A DNA stretch of 64,000 nt from Candidatus Anstonellales archaeon. GTDB taxonomy: Archaea > Micrarchaeota > Micrarchaeia > Anstonellales > J096. The position numbers were made by a program, and so were the translations under genes. This document shows positions 18,147-29,698 of the stretch, one piece after another. A model generated the notes under the pieces. It did not search any database. It had not been told where the DNA came from and was given only the letters and a program-made list of their open reading frames with translations. The stretch's first letter is position 1. Each line of letters opens with the position of its first letter. The DNA lies in assembly GCA_038890745.1 (NCBI GenBank), contig JAWAFD010000002.1, forward strand, positions 248,782 to 312,781, given 5' to 3'.

Positions 18147-19323
18147 ATTTAAGAAACAGATTCGAATGCTGAAAGAGTTTAGGGGTAGCGGAACGCAGCT
18201 CGTCTCAGTCTACATCCCGGCTGGCTATCCCATAAGCGAGGTTTCAGCAAAGCTCAGGGGGGAAATGAGTCAGGCAGAGAATATAAAGAGCAAGCAGACA
18301 AGGAATAATGTGATAGGTGCGCTCGAAAGGATCTTAACAGTTCTCAAAGGATACAAAAAAACACCGGATAATGGTATTGCAATTTTCTCTGGAAATGTTA
18401 GCGAGGACCCATCAAAAACAGATATCCAAACATTTACCATAGAACCACCATACAAACTCAGCGTAAGCATATACCGGTGCGACTCCTCCTTCTTTCTAGA
18501 GCCTTTAGAAAGGATGATGGAAGCGAAGGATGCTTACGGAATAGTTGCGATGGATGGCAGGGATGCAACGCTTGCTCTCCTCAAGGGAACAGAAACAATA
18601 ATCATGCGAAAGCTCCACAACCCAACCCCTTCAAAGGTAAAGGTTGGCGGGCAGAGTGCGAGAAGATACCAGCGTATAGTTGAGGAGGGAACGCAGCACT
18701 ACTATACTAGAATAGGAGAAGCCATGGATGAGATATTCCTTGGAAAGGTTAAGGGAATTATTGTCGGAGGGCCAGGGCCAGCAAAAGAAAATTTCTTGAA
18801 AGAAAAGCCTTTCAACTACCAGCACAAAATTTTGGGCGTAGTGGATACCGGTTATTCAGATGAGCATGGAATAAATGAGATTGTTTCAAAATCCGGAGAG
18901 ATTTTAGCAGAGCAGGAAGCGATAAAGGAAAAACAGCTTGTCGAAAGGTTCATAAAAGAGGTTGTGAGGGGTGGGCTTGCGACCTATGGCTTGAAGCAGG
19001 TTGAGGAAGCGATAACCATAAGGCAAGCAGAGCTTGTGCTTGTTTCAGAGGGGTTGGAGTATTCCCGCATAAAATTAAAATGCGGCTCATGCGGGAATGA
19101 GGAATCTAGGGTAGTAAAAGAAAAACCAAAAGAACCTTTAAGATGCTCAAAATGCGGCGGGAACATGGTTGAGGAGGAGGTTGAGCCTCTTATTGAATAT
19201 ATAATAGATTTGGCAAATGAAAATCAAGTAAAAGTTGAGGTCATTTCAACAAACACTTCTGAGGGAATGCAGTTTTTGCATGGTTTTGCGGGTTTGGGCG
19301 CATTCCTAAGATACCGAGTATGA
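18118..19323 (+). CDS. prf1: Peptide chain release factor aRF1
   Basis: NIKS, YRCDSSF, GGQS motifs; C-terminal Zn-ribbon insert. Confidence 0.96.
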   Translation: MEVESEKLYEFKKQIRMLKEFRGSGTQLVSVYIPAGYPISEVSAKLRGEMSQAENIKSKQTRNNVIGALERILTVLKGYKKTPDNGIAIFSGNVSEDPSKTDIQTFTIEPPYKLSVSIYRCDSSFFLEPLERMMEAKDAYGIVAMDGRDATLALLKGTETIIMRKLHNPTPSKVKVGGQSARRYQRIVEEGTQHYYTRIGEAMDEIFLGKVKGIIVGGPGPAKENFLKEKPFNYQHKILGVVDTGYSDEHGINEIVSKSGEILAEQEAIKEKQLVERFIKEVVRGGLATYGLKQVEEAITIRQAELVLVSEGLEYSRIKLKCGSCGNEESRVVKEKPKEPLRCSKCGGNMVEEEVEPLIEYIIDLANENQVKVEVISTNTSEGMQFLHGFAGLGAFLRYRV

Positions 19324-19779
19324 GATAATGCATGGGGAGTATACATTCCCTTCTCCTATGACTAGTAAACCATCATAAACCTTGCTTGTATTCTCTCCTT
19401 TTGTTATGTAAAATATGTAGCATTCTCTTCTTAGCATACTCATACATTCCTGCACTGTTTTGTTCCCACTCTCTCCTTCCACGCATCCATTCTCATCAAA
19501 ACTCATTATTTGGGTTTCTCTACCCATTATCCCCATGCTCCCAGATAGGTCTATCCCACACATTACTATGTTTTTTCTGTATGGGTCTTCAATTCCTCGT
19601 ATATCCATTATGATTGCGGAACAATTATATTTCAAAAAATTTTCTACAAATTTTGAAGAGTTTAGCTCCTGCTTCAAAAATTTTAGATTATCCAAGACCT
19701 CCATGCTACTGTATGCGTAGTAAAAAATGGCTGCTGCAACTACCCCTAAAAGTATTACTATAATTGTTTTTTTGTCCAT
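19306..19779 (-). CDS. Membrane-anchored Cys-containing hypothetical protein
   Basis: N-terminal TM after MDKKT, GGTGG SD upstream; domain resembles the C-terminus of the upstream gene. Confidence 0.7.
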   Translation of the reverse strand: MDKKTIIVILLGVVAAAIFYYAYSSMEVLDNLKFLKQELNSSKFVENFLKYNCSAIIMDIRGIEDPYRKNIVMCGIDLSGSMGIMGRETQIMSFDENGCVEGESGNKTVQECMSMLRRECYIFYITKGENTSKVYDGLLVIGEGNVYSPCIISYSVS

Positions 19780-19781
19780 TG

Positions 19782-21854
19782 TTATTCCACCCCACCCATT
19801 ACAGCCGAAATCGGACATAGGTTAAAGTATGATTCATCTCCAGAAATTATCCCCTTTACATCCATCGTTGTAGAAAAGCTTGGGTTCTGCTCAACATTTG
19901 AATACTTCAGCACTATCCTTGGAACCGAGATCTCGTCATTACACTGCTTCCTATTCTTGTTTGTCTCAACACCATTTATTATGCATTTATCAGTATACAC
20001 ATAGAACGCGACTGTTTTGTTCTGTGCAATTAGATTATGTATTATTTTCTCCGCGCAGGTGCTCATTGGTTCGGCTGCTGTCTGCGGTGCCCCTGCGTAG
20101 TCAACAACAACTGCAACCTCACTGTTCTCAGCAATAACATCTGAAAAATCCTCAAAGCTGGCATGGAGCAGAGACCTGTCCAAAAGAATGTAGAAACCAA
20201 CATTCAGCAAAATAAGAATTATAGCAATCACCCCAACCCCTATCCAGTAGTATGTTTTTTGATTCGCGGTAGTGAACCTCCCGCGGATTCGTATATATGC
20301 TATGGATGATGCGATTACAAGCAAAGAGGTAAGGGAAAGATAGGAAAATGCAGAAAGCGCTGCTGGAAGAACATCCAATACATCCTCCCTTTCGCTTGTT
20401 GGCATATCACGGATTGAAAGTATTAGATCTGACGTTGTCTCGCCCGCATTTTTTGAAAACGCTTTTGCGTTTTTTATGATTACATGCTCCTCCTTTGCCT
20501 CCATCAATGGCTTTAGCTTCTCCTGAAGCGCAACATATCTCTGCGAGTATTCAGCGTACGTATCAGGGCTTAGCCCCTTTACAAAACCCCCATCAAGGTT
20601 GTTTTTCTCAACCTTATACTGTGAAAGCTGTGCAACCTCTTCACTGCTGAGGTCTTTTGTTTCAAGCAGGAATATCATTCCAGTTACCTTATCTTTCTCA
20701 TGCTCGGCATCAAAATACCATTTCTTGTTCGGCTCTATTGTTTCATTTATCTCTTTCATAAGATCAGCAAACCGGTCTATCTTCTCCTCCATTCCATCGA
20801 ATTTTTTGTTTGCTATGCTGCTTTCTATATCTGTTTTCAGTGTTTTCAGTTCATCAACCTTTTTCGCGAAGCTCGTGTTCATAACAAAGCTTAGGGATTC
20901 TTCTGACCTGTTTAGAACATCCTCTGCTGTTGCTTTCATCGGTCTGTATACTTCAGAATAATACCCAGTGAGGTCCTCGCTTGTCTTGTACGCTACTCTC
21001 TCTTCTGTTCTCTTTGAAATATCCTCTGCTATTTGGAGATAAGTTCCGATTGGTTTTGTTTGCGCGATTAGCTGCGGAAGGAGAAGGTTTAGCTGGGCCA
21101 TGCATGTTTCATTATATATAATTGGCGGGCAGATCCCAAGGCATTTCGGACATTCCTTAATATTCAAAGGAAACCTTAGGATACTGTTCTTCATTACTTG
21201 ATAGTTTGATTCTATTATTGGCATGCTGGAGTTCATGTACAAAAGCCCTTCGTAAACATTATCAGCGGAAAGGTTGTTTAGATAGCTGAATATTCCGTTC
21301 ATCCTTTCATCAACCGCCCTTGTAGCGGCCCAAAAGTCCTTAATCGGCTGGTATATTATATCAGGGTCGTTTATTCCTATCTCCCCACCCCAGTTCACAA
21401 CTATCAGGGTGGCCCAGTACATATACTCATCGCCATACAGTTTTTCATAGTCAGATGGAAGCTGGTATTTTTCTCCTACCCTTTCTCGGCATGTCTGCTC
21501 CTCTCCTGCTCTTTGAAACCTTCCTTCCCCATTATTCCTGCTTGCGTTTAGTTCCTTAAACAATTCAGTAAGATTCGCTGCTTGCGATGGGGTAAGGTAG
21601 TATCTGGATACATAATAAGCTTTAAGGGCTGTTTTTATTTCTTCGCTATCGTTTACTATGTTCCCTTCTTTCAAAAGAAAAGTCTCTTTATTTTTTATAT
21701 AAACAATTTCATACTTAACGCCACTTATAGAAAATGCCTCATACCTTACATCGCTTGCTGCGTTTTCGTTTGGATAAAGATAGTCCTGGACGTTTATGGC
21801 AATGCTTGATGCGATTAGAATTGTAAAAAATAATACTACTATTGATTTTTTCAT
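19782..21854 (-). CDS. Large membrane protein: signal peptide, helical/coiled-coil region, 2 TM helices, Cys-containing C-terminal domain
   Basis: Start at MKKSIVVLFF; hydropathy read by eye. Confidence 0.72.
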   Translation of the reverse strand: MKKSIVVLFFTILIASSIAINVQDYLYPNENAASDVRYEAFSISGVKYEIVYIKNKETFLLKEGNIVNDSEEIKTALKAYYVSRYYLTPSQAANLTELFKELNASRNNGEGRFQRAGEEQTCRERVGEKYQLPSDYEKLYGDEYMYWATLIVVNWGGEIGINDPDIIYQPIKDFWAATRAVDERMNGIFSYLNNLSADNVYEGLLYMNSSMPIIESNYQVMKNSILRFPLNIKECPKCLGICPPIIYNETCMAQLNLLLPQLIAQTKPIGTYLQIAEDISKRTEERVAYKTSEDLTGYYSEVYRPMKATAEDVLNRSEESLSFVMNTSFAKKVDELKTLKTDIESSIANKKFDGMEEKIDRFADLMKEINETIEPNKKWYFDAEHEKDKVTGMIFLLETKDLSSEEVAQLSQYKVEKNNLDGGFVKGLSPDTYAEYSQRYVALQEKLKPLMEAKEEHVIIKNAKAFSKNAGETTSDLILSIRDMPTSEREDVLDVLPAALSAFSYLSLTSLLVIASSIAYIRIRGRFTTANQKTYYWIGVGVIAIILILLNVGFYILLDRSLLHASFEDFSDVIAENSEVAVVVDYAGAPQTAAEPMSTCAEKIIHNLIAQNKTVAFYVYTDKCIINGVETNKNRKQCNDEISVPRIVLKYSNVEQNPSFSTTMDVKGIISGDESYFNLCPISAVMGGVE

Positions 21855-21912
21855 GGAAAAAGTATATTCATAAACCTTTATTAAGGTTGCTGTTTTTTTG
21901 TCGTCTTTATCC

Positions 21913-22887
21913 TTATTCATTTCTACTCGTAAAATACCTAGCTATTTTTAGTATTCTTTGCTTTTCCTTGTTTTCCGGAAGAGCTTTCTCTATTTTTGAA
22001 ACCCCCTCTTCCACAAGCTTTTCTGCTTTCTTCCTTGCGTATTCTATGCCCCCATATTTCTTTATTATACCTATTGCCTCTCTTATTTCCATCTCGTCCT
22101 CAGTATGGGAGGAAAGAATCTCCACGAGCCGTTTTTTGTCTTCTGGATTTGCCCTTTCGAGAGTTTTTATCACCATTAATGTTCTTTTTCCTTCGGTTAT
22201 ATCATCCCCTATTTTCTTTTTGTACTTCTCCACCTCTCCTGTTAAGTTTAGTATATCATCCTGTATTTGAAACGCGAGCCCTATATTCTCTCCAAAAGTT
22301 CTTGCTGCTTCTCTCTCTTTTTTACTTTTTTTTGCTACTATGGCACCTATTTCACACGCCGCACCAATTAGCGCACCTGTCTTTCCACCAGCCATTTCCA
22401 TATACTCTCTTTCGCCAACATCGAATATCTTGTTTCTTTCCCAGTAAAGCTCCCTCCCCTGTCCTTCCACCACCCTTCTGAACGCATCACCCAGCACCCT
22501 TTTCACTTCTTCATTTTTTAGCTTAAGAATTTCATTCCATATAGCAGTGTATATCGCATCGCCTGAATTGAGCGCTATCGCAACCCCATGCAATCTATGA
22601 AGGGTTGGCTTTCCTCTTCTTAGTGGAGAATTATCTTCTATATCATCATGCACAAGCGTGAAATTGTGGAATATCTCTATTAGTGCCGCTGGCCTGAGTG
22701 CTTCCCTATAATTTCCGCCGTATGCTTTTGTAAATACCAAAGTTAGGATAGGCCTTACCCTCTTTCCTCCTCGTGATATGAACTCTTCAAATATTCCATA
22801 AACCTCGGCCGGCTTTTGTGGTAGTATTTTTTTTATCTCATTTTCCGTATCGTTTATTTCTTTTGAAAACTCCTCTGCAAACTCCAT
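21913..22887 (-). CDS. idsA: Polyprenyl (GGPP-type) diphosphate synthase
   Basis: GGKRVRP, FTLVHDDIED..RRG, FQIQDD, DDITEGKRT. Confidence 0.92.
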   Translation of the reverse strand: MEFAEEFSKEINDTENEIKKILPQKPAEVYGIFEEFISRGGKRVRPILTLVFTKAYGGNYREALRPAALIEIFHNFTLVHDDIEDNSPLRRGKPTLHRLHGVAIALNSGDAIYTAIWNEILKLKNEEVKRVLGDAFRRVVEGQGRELYWERNKIFDVGEREYMEMAGGKTGALIGAACEIGAIVAKKSKKEREAARTFGENIGLAFQIQDDILNLTGEVEKYKKKIGDDITEGKRTLMVIKTLERANPEDKKRLVEILSSHTEDEMEIREAIGIIKKYGGIEYARKKAEKLVEEGVSKIEKALPENKEKQRILKIARYFTSRNE

Positions 22888-22937
22888 GCCTTACTTAAAA
22901 CCGGCAATGTTTTTAAAACAAACGCTGAAAATCTTTC

Positions 22938-23738
22938 ATGCTTTTTTCACTTGAAGAGCTTTTGAATCAATTTTTTCTTTCACCTATGATTGACAAGACA
23001 GGTTATAATCTAATAAACACCCTCACATATGCCCTTATAGCAGTTGGATCCATATATGTAATATACATTATTTTCAACCGGTTGAAAATTCGCGCTGATG
23101 AGTATTTCATGAAAACAATTTTCTTTTTTGTCATTTTTGGCTCTTCAAAAAGGGTAATCACCGATGCTGTTGATGCCGGCGTCTTGCAGGTTCCAGTACT
23201 GAGCCAAATCTATGCTTACAATTTTTTCAACATCTCTCCCGGCATATACATTTTCACAGGTATTCTTGCAGTTTTTCTTTTCCTTATAGAGCATTTCACG
23301 AAAAAAAGAATAGCCATGCCCGTTGCATTCTCACTCGCAACCTTCCACCTTGCGCTCGTTCTCCCTCTCATCCATGATTTTTTTGCTCTTTTCTTCATCC
23401 TTGCTCTTGCAGCAATCCCATTCTATCTTGCGCATCGCGTTCTCAAAGATCCACTTCTTTCTCTTGTTGTTTTTTCCCATGCGCTCGATGGTGCAGCAAC
23501 CTTCTATGCCATAGATGTTTCAAAATCCTATTTTGAGCAGCATGTTCTTGCTGGTGCAATAGGGGATGCACACGGCTACATAGCGTTCTACCTAATAAAA
23601 ATAATCATAGCCTTCCTCGCAGCCTATCTAATAAAAAATGAGTCTGAGAACGAGAAAAATTTTATTGCAACCATCCTCATTGTGATTGGGCTTGCACCCG
23701 GGATAAGGGACATGTTGAGGGTTGCGGCTGGTGTTTAG
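22938..23738 (+). CDS. DUF63 family membrane protein
   Basis: GYN.INT..YA, HALDGAAT, Y.EQHVL, GLAPG.RD. Confidence 0.85.
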   Translation: MLFSLEELLNQFFLSPMIDKTGYNLINTLTYALIAVGSIYVIYIIFNRLKIRADEYFMKTIFFFVIFGSSKRVITDAVDAGVLQVPVLSQIYAYNFFNISPGIYIFTGILAVFLFLIEHFTKKRIAMPVAFSLATFHLALVLPLIHDFFALFFILALAAIPFYLAHRVLKDPLLSLVVFSHALDGAATFYAIDVSKSYFEQHVLAGAIGDAHGYIAFYLIKIIIAFLAAYLIKNESENEKNFIATILIVIGLAPGIRDMLRVAAGV

Positions 23739-23739
23739 G

Positions 23740-24471
23740 ATGCTTGCGCTTGTTGGCTTAGGAATAAATCTTGACCCCACCCTTAATGGGATTGAAACAG
23801 CAAAAGAGTGCGATGAGGTTTTTTTGGAAAAATATACCTCCCCTCTTCCAATAGATGTTGAAAAAAAGTTAGAAAAAATAACCGGCAAAAAAATAAATAT
23901 TATAGACCGAGAAGAAGTCGAGAGCGAGTTTTTAATAAAAAAAGCAGAAAGAAAAAAAATTTGCCTTTTTGTTGTTGGCGACCCTCTTGTTGCAACCACC
24001 CATATCTCCCTTCTTACAGAATGCAGAAAAAGAAAAATTGAAACAAGAGTAATCCATAATTCCTCCATCCTCACCGCGGTTGGGAGAACGGGTTTGCAGC
24101 TTTATAAATTCGGAAGAACAGTTACAATAGCAAAATGGTCAGAAAACTATAAGCCAACCTCCCCGCTTCTTCTGATTGAAAAAAATCTTTCTATCGATTT
24201 GCACACCCTTGTTTTATTAGATGTCCAGCCGGAGCCCATGGATGCAAAAGAAGGAATAAAGCAATTGCTTGAGATGGAAAAAATAGAGAAGAAAAAAATA
24301 ATAAAAGAAATTGTTGTGCTCAGCCGACTGGGTTTTGAGGATGAGAAGATTACTTATGGGAATGTGGAAAAGCTTCTCAAAACAGATTTGGGAAAACCGC
24401 CATTTTCGCTCATAGTCCCGGCGAAACTTCACGATTCCGAGGAAGAGTATCTGAGATTTTTTAAAATTTAA
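23740..24471 (+). CDS. dph5: Diphthine synthase
   Basis: VGLG, E.YTS, GDPLVATTH, GLQLYKFGRTVT, LHTLVLLD. Confidence 0.95.
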   Translation: MLALVGLGINLDPTLNGIETAKECDEVFLEKYTSPLPIDVEKKLEKITGKKINIIDREEVESEFLIKKAERKKICLFVVGDPLVATTHISLLTECRKRKIETRVIHNSSILTAVGRTGLQLYKFGRTVTIAKWSENYKPTSPLLLIEKNLSIDLHTLVLLDVQPEPMDAKEGIKQLLEMEKIEKKKIIKEIVVLSRLGFEDEKITYGNVEKLLKTDLGKPPFSLIVPAKLHDSEEEYLRFFKI

Positions 24472-25094
24472 GACGCCGCTTCCTTTTCCAGCCTCCTCTT
24501 TATCACCTTCAAACTAACGAACATGTCCCTTTCCATTTCCTCAAGCCGCATCCTTATTTCGCGTTCCTGCTCTTCTAATTTGGGAAGAACAACAAACTCA
24601 AGTGCGTTCACCCTTCTTTTCGTTTTCTCTATCTCTTTTATTATTCTCTTTATCGCAGTTTCCGTTTCAGCAAGCTGCAAAACCAATTTTAGGGAGTTCC
24701 TAAAATGCTCTACTGATTTGTCTACCTTTGCGCTGCTCATAAACAGGGGATAATCCCTGAATTCTTTCATCTCTATTTTTATTTTTGGAATCTTAACGCC
24801 CATCACATTCCTTTCTTCAACATCCAATCCATACTCTGCTTTAACCATCCTTGCCATATTATCCAGATCGAAAATATTGTGGGAAAAAGAGGCCATGGCC
24901 AAATATTTGTATCCTTCCTGCAGCTCCGCATTAAGCTGACCCCTCAGATCCCGCGCCTGCCCAAGGATTTTGAAGAATTCCATTATCAGCGCATCCCGTT
25001 TTTGCTTAAGAAGTTTATGTCCTTTTCTAGCAAGCCTTATCCTTGCCTTTATTTTCAGCAGCTCCATCCTAGTCGGGTTCGGCTTTTCCCCCAT
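24468..25094 (-). CDS. atpD: A/V-type ATP synthase subunit D
   Basis: PTRMELL, GHKLLKQKRDAL, KTKRRVNALE. Confidence 0.96.
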   Translation of the reverse strand: MGEKPNPTRMELLKIKARIRLARKGHKLLKQKRDALIMEFFKILGQARDLRGQLNAELQEGYKYLAMASFSHNIFDLDNMARMVKAEYGLDVEERNVMGVKIPKIKIEMKEFRDYPLFMSSAKVDKSVEHFRNSLKLVLQLAETETAIKRIIKEIEKTKRRVNALEFVVLPKLEEQEREIRMRLEEMERDMFVSLKVIKRRLEKEAAS

Positions 25095-25125
25095 TCTCCA
25101 ACCACCCTATTCCTTAGCCATGTTC

Positions 25126-26502
25126 CTATTTTCTGAATTTTTTTCCGTACTTTTCTATGTATTCAAGCTTCACCCTCTTAAGCTCTGATTCAGGAAGGAT
25201 TGCCATGAGTTCCCATCCCAAATCAAGCGTCTGCTCTATTGTTCTATCCTCATGGTAATCTTGCTTTATGAACCTCTGCTCAAACATATCCGCAAATTTC
25301 AAGTACTTCCTATCAGTTTCGCTCAGCGCTTCCTCTCCAACAACCGCGCTCAGTGCCCTCAGATCCCTCCCGGTTGCATACGCTGCGTAAAGTTGGTCGC
25401 TAACCCCTTTATGGTCCTCCCTTGTCTTCTTTGCTCCTATTCCCGCGTTCATCAGCCTGCTCAAGCTTGGCAGCGGGTCAACCGGTGGGTAGATCCCTTT
25501 TCTGTGCAAATCCCTGCTTAGAACAATCTGTCCTTCTGTAATGTACCCAGTTAGGTCTGGAATCGGATGTGTGATATCATCACCAGGCATTGTCAAGATT
25601 GGGAATTGGGTAACAGAACCCTTCTTTCCTTTCACCTTCCCTGCTCTTTCATAAATCGTTGAAAGGTCTGTGTACATATACCCGGGATACCCTCTCCTTC
25701 CAGGAACCTCCTGCCTTGCTGCTGAGATTTCCCTAAGAGCTTCGCAGTAGTTTGTCATGTCTGTAATTATCACAAGAACATGCATATCTTTTTCAAAAGC
25801 CAAATACTCGGCAGTTGTGAGTGCGAGCCTTGGTGTGATCAACCTCTCAGCGCTCGGGTCATCTGCAAGGTTTAAGAACAAAACAGCTCTCTCAAGAGCG
25901 CCCGTCCTTTCGAAATCCCGCATGAAAAAGTTTGCTTCCTCATTTGTAATCCCAACAGCAGCGAAAACAACCGCAAACTCCTCCCCTTCCCCTCTTACCT
26001 TTGCCTGCCTGGCTATTTGCACAGCAAGATGGTTGTGCGGAAGGCCTGCTGCTGAAAAAATCGGAAGCTTCTGACCTCTCACAAGAGTGTTCATTCCGTC
26101 TATTGTTGAAATCCCTGTTTGGATGAATTCAGCTGGTGGTTCCCTTGAGTATGGGTTGATCGCGTTTCCGATTATCTCCACGCTCTCTTCTGCGACTGGC
26201 TTCGGCGCCTTGTCAAGCGGCTCTCCCAGTCCAGAAAAAACCCTCCCGAGCATCTCCTCGCTAACACCCAATTTCATGGTTTCGCCGAGGAACTTTACGC
26301 TTGTTTTCCTAGTATCAAGACCGGTTGTTGTTCCAAAAATCTGCACAACCGCGATCCCTTCACCTACTTCAAGAACCTGTCCCTTCTTTTTCTCCCCGTC
26401 CGGAAGTGTAATCTCCACTATTTCATTATACCCAACCCCGCTTACCTTCTCTACGAAAACAAGCGGGCCTGCAATCTGAGTAACCGTCTTATATTCTTTC
26501 AT
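25126..26502 (-). CDS. atpB: A/V-type ATP synthase subunit B
   Basis: [37 protein letters not shown]. Confidence 0.97.
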   Translation of the reverse strand: MKEYKTVTQIAGPLVFVEKVSGVGYNEIVEITLPDGEKKKGQVLEVGEGIAVVQIFGTTTGLDTRKTSVKFLGETMKLGVSEEMLGRVFSGLGEPLDKAPKPVAEESVEIIGNAINPYSREPPAEFIQTGISTIDGMNTLVRGQKLPIFSAAGLPHNHLAVQIARQAKVRGEGEEFAVVFAAVGITNEEANFFMRDFERTGALERAVLFLNLADDPSAERLITPRLALTTAEYLAFEKDMHVLVIITDMTNYCEALREISAARQEVPGRRGYPGYMYTDLSTIYERAGKVKGKKGSVTQFPILTMPGDDITHPIPDLTGYITEGQIVLSRDLHRKGIYPPVDPLPSLSRLMNAGIGAKKTREDHKGVSDQLYAAYATGRDLRALSAVVGEEALSETDRKYLKFADMFEQRFIKQDYHEDRTIEQTLDLGWELMAILPESELKRVKLEYIEKYGKKFRK

Positions 26503-26506
26503 TCTC

Positions 26507-28270
26507 TCACGCTCCTGAAGCCTCAACTTTTTTCATTGCTTTACTAAACTCATCATCAATCTCCTTTACTATCCCTTCAATCTCATTTATCCTGCTTTCC
26601 GGTATCTCCTTCATCCTTGCAATCCTTTCCACAACCTTTAGCCCCGCAAGGCTTTTCGCTTGCATTCCTTTTTCTATTCCCTCCATGGCTTTTTTGTAGA
26701 AGTGCATTATGTTTTTCAGCATCGCGTACTGCTTTTTCAGACTACAGTACATATCAACTTCGTGGTAAGCGTTCTGCTGAAGATAATCCTCTCGGAGCAT
26801 TTTTGTTACAAGAAGAATTGCCTGCTCCTTCTCCGGAAGCGCATCGGGTCCAACAAGCTGCACAACCTCTTCAAGCTCTGCTTCTTTTTGCAGAAGTGCC
26901 ATTGCCTCATCCCTTAAAAACGCCCAATCCTCAGCGATGTTTTGCGCATACCACTCATCCAACCTTTCAGTGTAAAGTGAATAGCTCTTTAGCCAATGCA
27001 GAGCAGGGAAATGCCTTCTGTGAGCCAGGGATGCATCGAGCGCAAGGAAAACCTTTGTTACACGGAGGGTGTTCTGCGAAACCGGTTCTGAAATGTCCCC
27101 TCCTGGTGGTGAAACAGCACCTATTATCGTGACGCTTCCGTACCTATCCGCAGTTCCAAGTGTTTTCACCCTTCCGGACCTTTCATAAAATTCAGCCAAC
27201 CTTCTGGCAAGGTATGCAGGATACCCTTCCTCTCCTGGCATCTCCTCCAATCTTCCCCCAATCTCTCTCATTGCCTCTGCCCATCTGCTTGTGGAATCAG
27301 CCATCAAAGAAACATTATACCCCATATCCCGGTAATACTCCGCGATCGTAACTCCTGTATAGATGCTCGCTTCACGCGCAGCAACAGGCATGTTTGATGT
27401 ATTCGCAATCAGCACTGTTCTCTCCATAAGCGGCTTTCCACTCTTAGGGTCTTTAAGATGGGGGAACTCTGTAAGCACCTCGGTCATCTCATTCCCTCTC
27501 TCCCCGCATCCTATATAAACAACAATTTCAGTGTCACTCCATTTAGCCAAACTCTGCTGGGTAACTGTTTTCCCAGACCCAAACGGCCCCGGAATGCAAG
27601 CAGTTCCTCCTTTTGCAATCGGTGCGAATGTATCCACAATTCTCATTCCGGTTATGAGCGGAATTTCAGGCGGATATTTTTCCTTATAAGGTCTTGGCTT
27701 CCTTACAGGCCATTTATGATAAAGGAACAAATCACTCCTTTTTCCCATATGCTCTATGGTTCCGATTGCATCCTCAAGTTTATACTCCCCGGCTTTTATT
27801 GCGCTAACCACCCCATCATAAGGGGAAAGAACCCTGTGCTCTATCAATTCGCTTTCCTTCACAACTCCCAAGATATCCCCAGCAGCAATCCTATCCCCTT
27901 TCTTAACCTTTGGCTCAAACTTCCATTTCTTCTTTTTGTCCAGCGGGGGAACAGAAACCCCTCTCTTAATGTATGTTCCGGTTTCGCTCGCGATGAGCGC
28001 GAGCGGCCTTTGAATTCCATCATAAATGCTTTTCAGCAATCCAGGACCGAGCTCAACGCTTAGCGGCATCCCTGTTCCTTCCACTGGTTCTCCTGGTTTT
28101 AGGCCAGAAGTATCCTCATAAACCTGCACAACATAGTTGTTTCCAACAATCTTGATCACTTCACCGATAAGTTTTTCCTCGCCGACTTTTACCACATCGT
28201 ACAGCTTTGAATCTATGTCCCTCGCAACAACAACAGGACCGCTTATTTTAACAAGTTTGCCTTTTGCCAT
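26507..28270 (-). CDS. atpA: A/V-type ATP synthase subunit A
   Basis: GPFGSGKT Walker [21 protein letters not shown]; start at MAKGK with GGTGG SD. Confidence 0.97.
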   Translation of the reverse strand: MAKGKLVKISGPVVVARDIDSKLYDVVKVGEEKLIGEVIKIVGNNYVVQVYEDTSGLKPGEPVEGTGMPLSVELGPGLLKSIYDGIQRPLALIASETGTYIKRGVSVPPLDKKKKWKFEPKVKKGDRIAAGDILGVVKESELIEHRVLSPYDGVVSAIKAGEYKLEDAIGTIEHMGKRSDLFLYHKWPVRKPRPYKEKYPPEIPLITGMRIVDTFAPIAKGGTACIPGPFGSGKTVTQQSLAKWSDTEIVVYIGCGERGNEMTEVLTEFPHLKDPKSGKPLMERTVLIANTSNMPVAAREASIYTGVTIAEYYRDMGYNVSLMADSTSRWAEAMREIGGRLEEMPGEEGYPAYLARRLAEFYERSGRVKTLGTADRYGSVTIIGAVSPPGGDISEPVSQNTLRVTKVFLALDASLAHRRHFPALHWLKSYSLYTERLDEWYAQNIAEDWAFLRDEAMALLQKEAELEEVVQLVGPDALPEKEQAILLVTKMLREDYLQQNAYHEVDMYCSLKKQYAMLKNIMHFYKKAMEGIEKGMQAKSLAGLKVVERIARMKEIPESRINEIEGIVKEIDDEFSKAMKKVEASGA

Positions 28271-28280
28271 ATTTCCACCC

Positions 28281-28601
28281 CTATTTTTTCTTAAGCTCAA
28301 AACCAAGAGCCCTTTTGATGAGCATATCGAGCGTTTCTTCCTCCCGTTCTTCTGCGCCAGTGCCAGCGACCGGCAGGATAACCGGTGAGGCAATGTTTTC
28401 TATCTTTTTTTTCAGCCTCCAATCCACCCTGTTGAACAAGCTTTGTTCAACGAGTACTATTCCTATATTTTCGTTTGCGATTGCATCCTCAATTTTTTTC
28501 TCAACATCCTTCACCTGTTCAACCACTTCACCCTCTATTCCCATCAGCCTGAACCCCAGCACAACCGGACCATGCCCGTATACAACTATTTTCTGCGTCA
28601 T
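28281..28601 (-). CDS. atpF: A/V-type ATP synthase subunit F
   Basis: GFRLMGI, IKRALGF; operon position. Confidence 0.9.
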   Translation of the reverse strand: MTQKIVVYGHGPVVLGFRLMGIEGEVVEQVKDVEKKIEDAIANENIGIVLVEQSLFNRVDWRLKKKIENIASPVILPVAGTGAEEREEETLDMLIKRALGFELKKK

Positions 28602-28603
28602 GC

Positions 28604-29698
28604 TTACACAACCATTTTTCTTATTTCTTCCTTGCTTAAACCGAACTCATGCGCCCTTGCTATCTTTCTTATGTTGTTTCCCTCCTCTTCTTTAAGCAAT
28701 AGAAAACCCAAGACCTTCCCTATGTTCAACATGGATTTGTGGAATATTATTGATTTTCTTTTTGCGAGCCATGTTTCCATTTCCATTTCCGCTTCCTCCG
28801 GCTTTTTTATCTCTTTTATGTCAAACCTGCTTAGCAATCTTAGCAGTGTCCGATCATCTTTGTAAGCGTCCACCAAATCATTAACACGCACCGTCCCCCC
28901 TGGTACTAGGTATTCTGCAACATTCTCCATTTTCCTTTCCCTTAAGCGGAGGACTGCAGAAATATTTTTTGCATCTATCTCTCTCCTTAAAAACATGAGA
29001 ATGCTATAGGCATCGGCAGGGAGTATCTTTGATGCGATCTCGTGCACGTACTGGTAGTAGTAAAGGTCTATGAGTACGAAAACCTGCATGAGCACATCCC
29101 CTCTTTTTGCTGCCTCTGCAAGTATTCCCTCCTTTTCTTTTCCAAACTTTCCCATCCCAAGCGCGAAGATTTCCTTTCCTATTGAAGTTGCTTTGAATGC
29201 GTTGTATGCATCCGAGCTTTCGCCGACCTTTCTGTATTCCTCTATCCTTCCTACAGGAATTATGTATGGCTCTATTTCCTTCCAGCTCTTCCCAACCATC
29301 CTCCCTGAAAAAACCGTTTTGTAGTTCGTAAGCACCCATCTTTTTAGGAATACATCAACCACTTCACCATCCGACTTCGGAGCGATCCTTTTTATTCTGC
29401 TTGCCATGTCGCCAAAATGCTTTCCTCCAGCAAGTTCTATGAGTTCGCTTCCTTTGTACGAAATAGAAAGCGAGACAAGGTATTCTTTATAGTATGTTCT
29501 TTGGAGGAGTTCTATCATTCCATCGATCGTATCCGCGTTTACAAGCTCATCGTAGAATTCCGGTTTGAGAAGGTATCCTTTCATCCCGGATACTCTTGCG
29601 TTTGAATATCCGTACTTTAACGGCCGGTTTATCGGTGAAATCGCAGCTTCAACAAGAGAGGATATCCTACTTCCTCCTTCTCTCAAAAACTCCAGCAT
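28604..29698 (-). CDS. atpC: A/V-type ATP synthase subunit C
   Basis: YGYSNARV.GMK..LL, EIDAKN, KE.E..NIR.I. Confidence 0.9.
   Translation of the reverse strand: MLEFLREGGSRISSLVEAAISPINRPLKYGYSNARVSGMKGYLLKPEFYDELVNADTIDGMIELLQRTYYKEYLVSLSISYKGSELIELAGGKHFGDMASRIKRIAPKSDGEVVDVFLKRWVLTNYKTVFSGRMVGKSWKEIEPYIIPVGRIEEYRKVGESSDAYNAFKATSIGKEIFALGMGKFGKEKEGILAEAAKRGDVLMQVFVLIDLYYYQYVHEIASKILPADAYSILMFLRREIDAKNISAVLRLRERKMENVAEYLVPGGTVRVNDLVDAYKDDRTLLRLLSRFDIKEIKKPEEAEMEMETWLAKRKSIIFHKSMLNIGKVLGFLLLKEEEGNNIRKIARAHEFGLSKEEIRKMVV

Noticed and set aside
24468..28270. Inteins in ATP synthase A/B (also checked topA, ppsA, glmS)
   Set aside because: Lengths are normal and no intein splice or LAGLIDADG motifs are visible.
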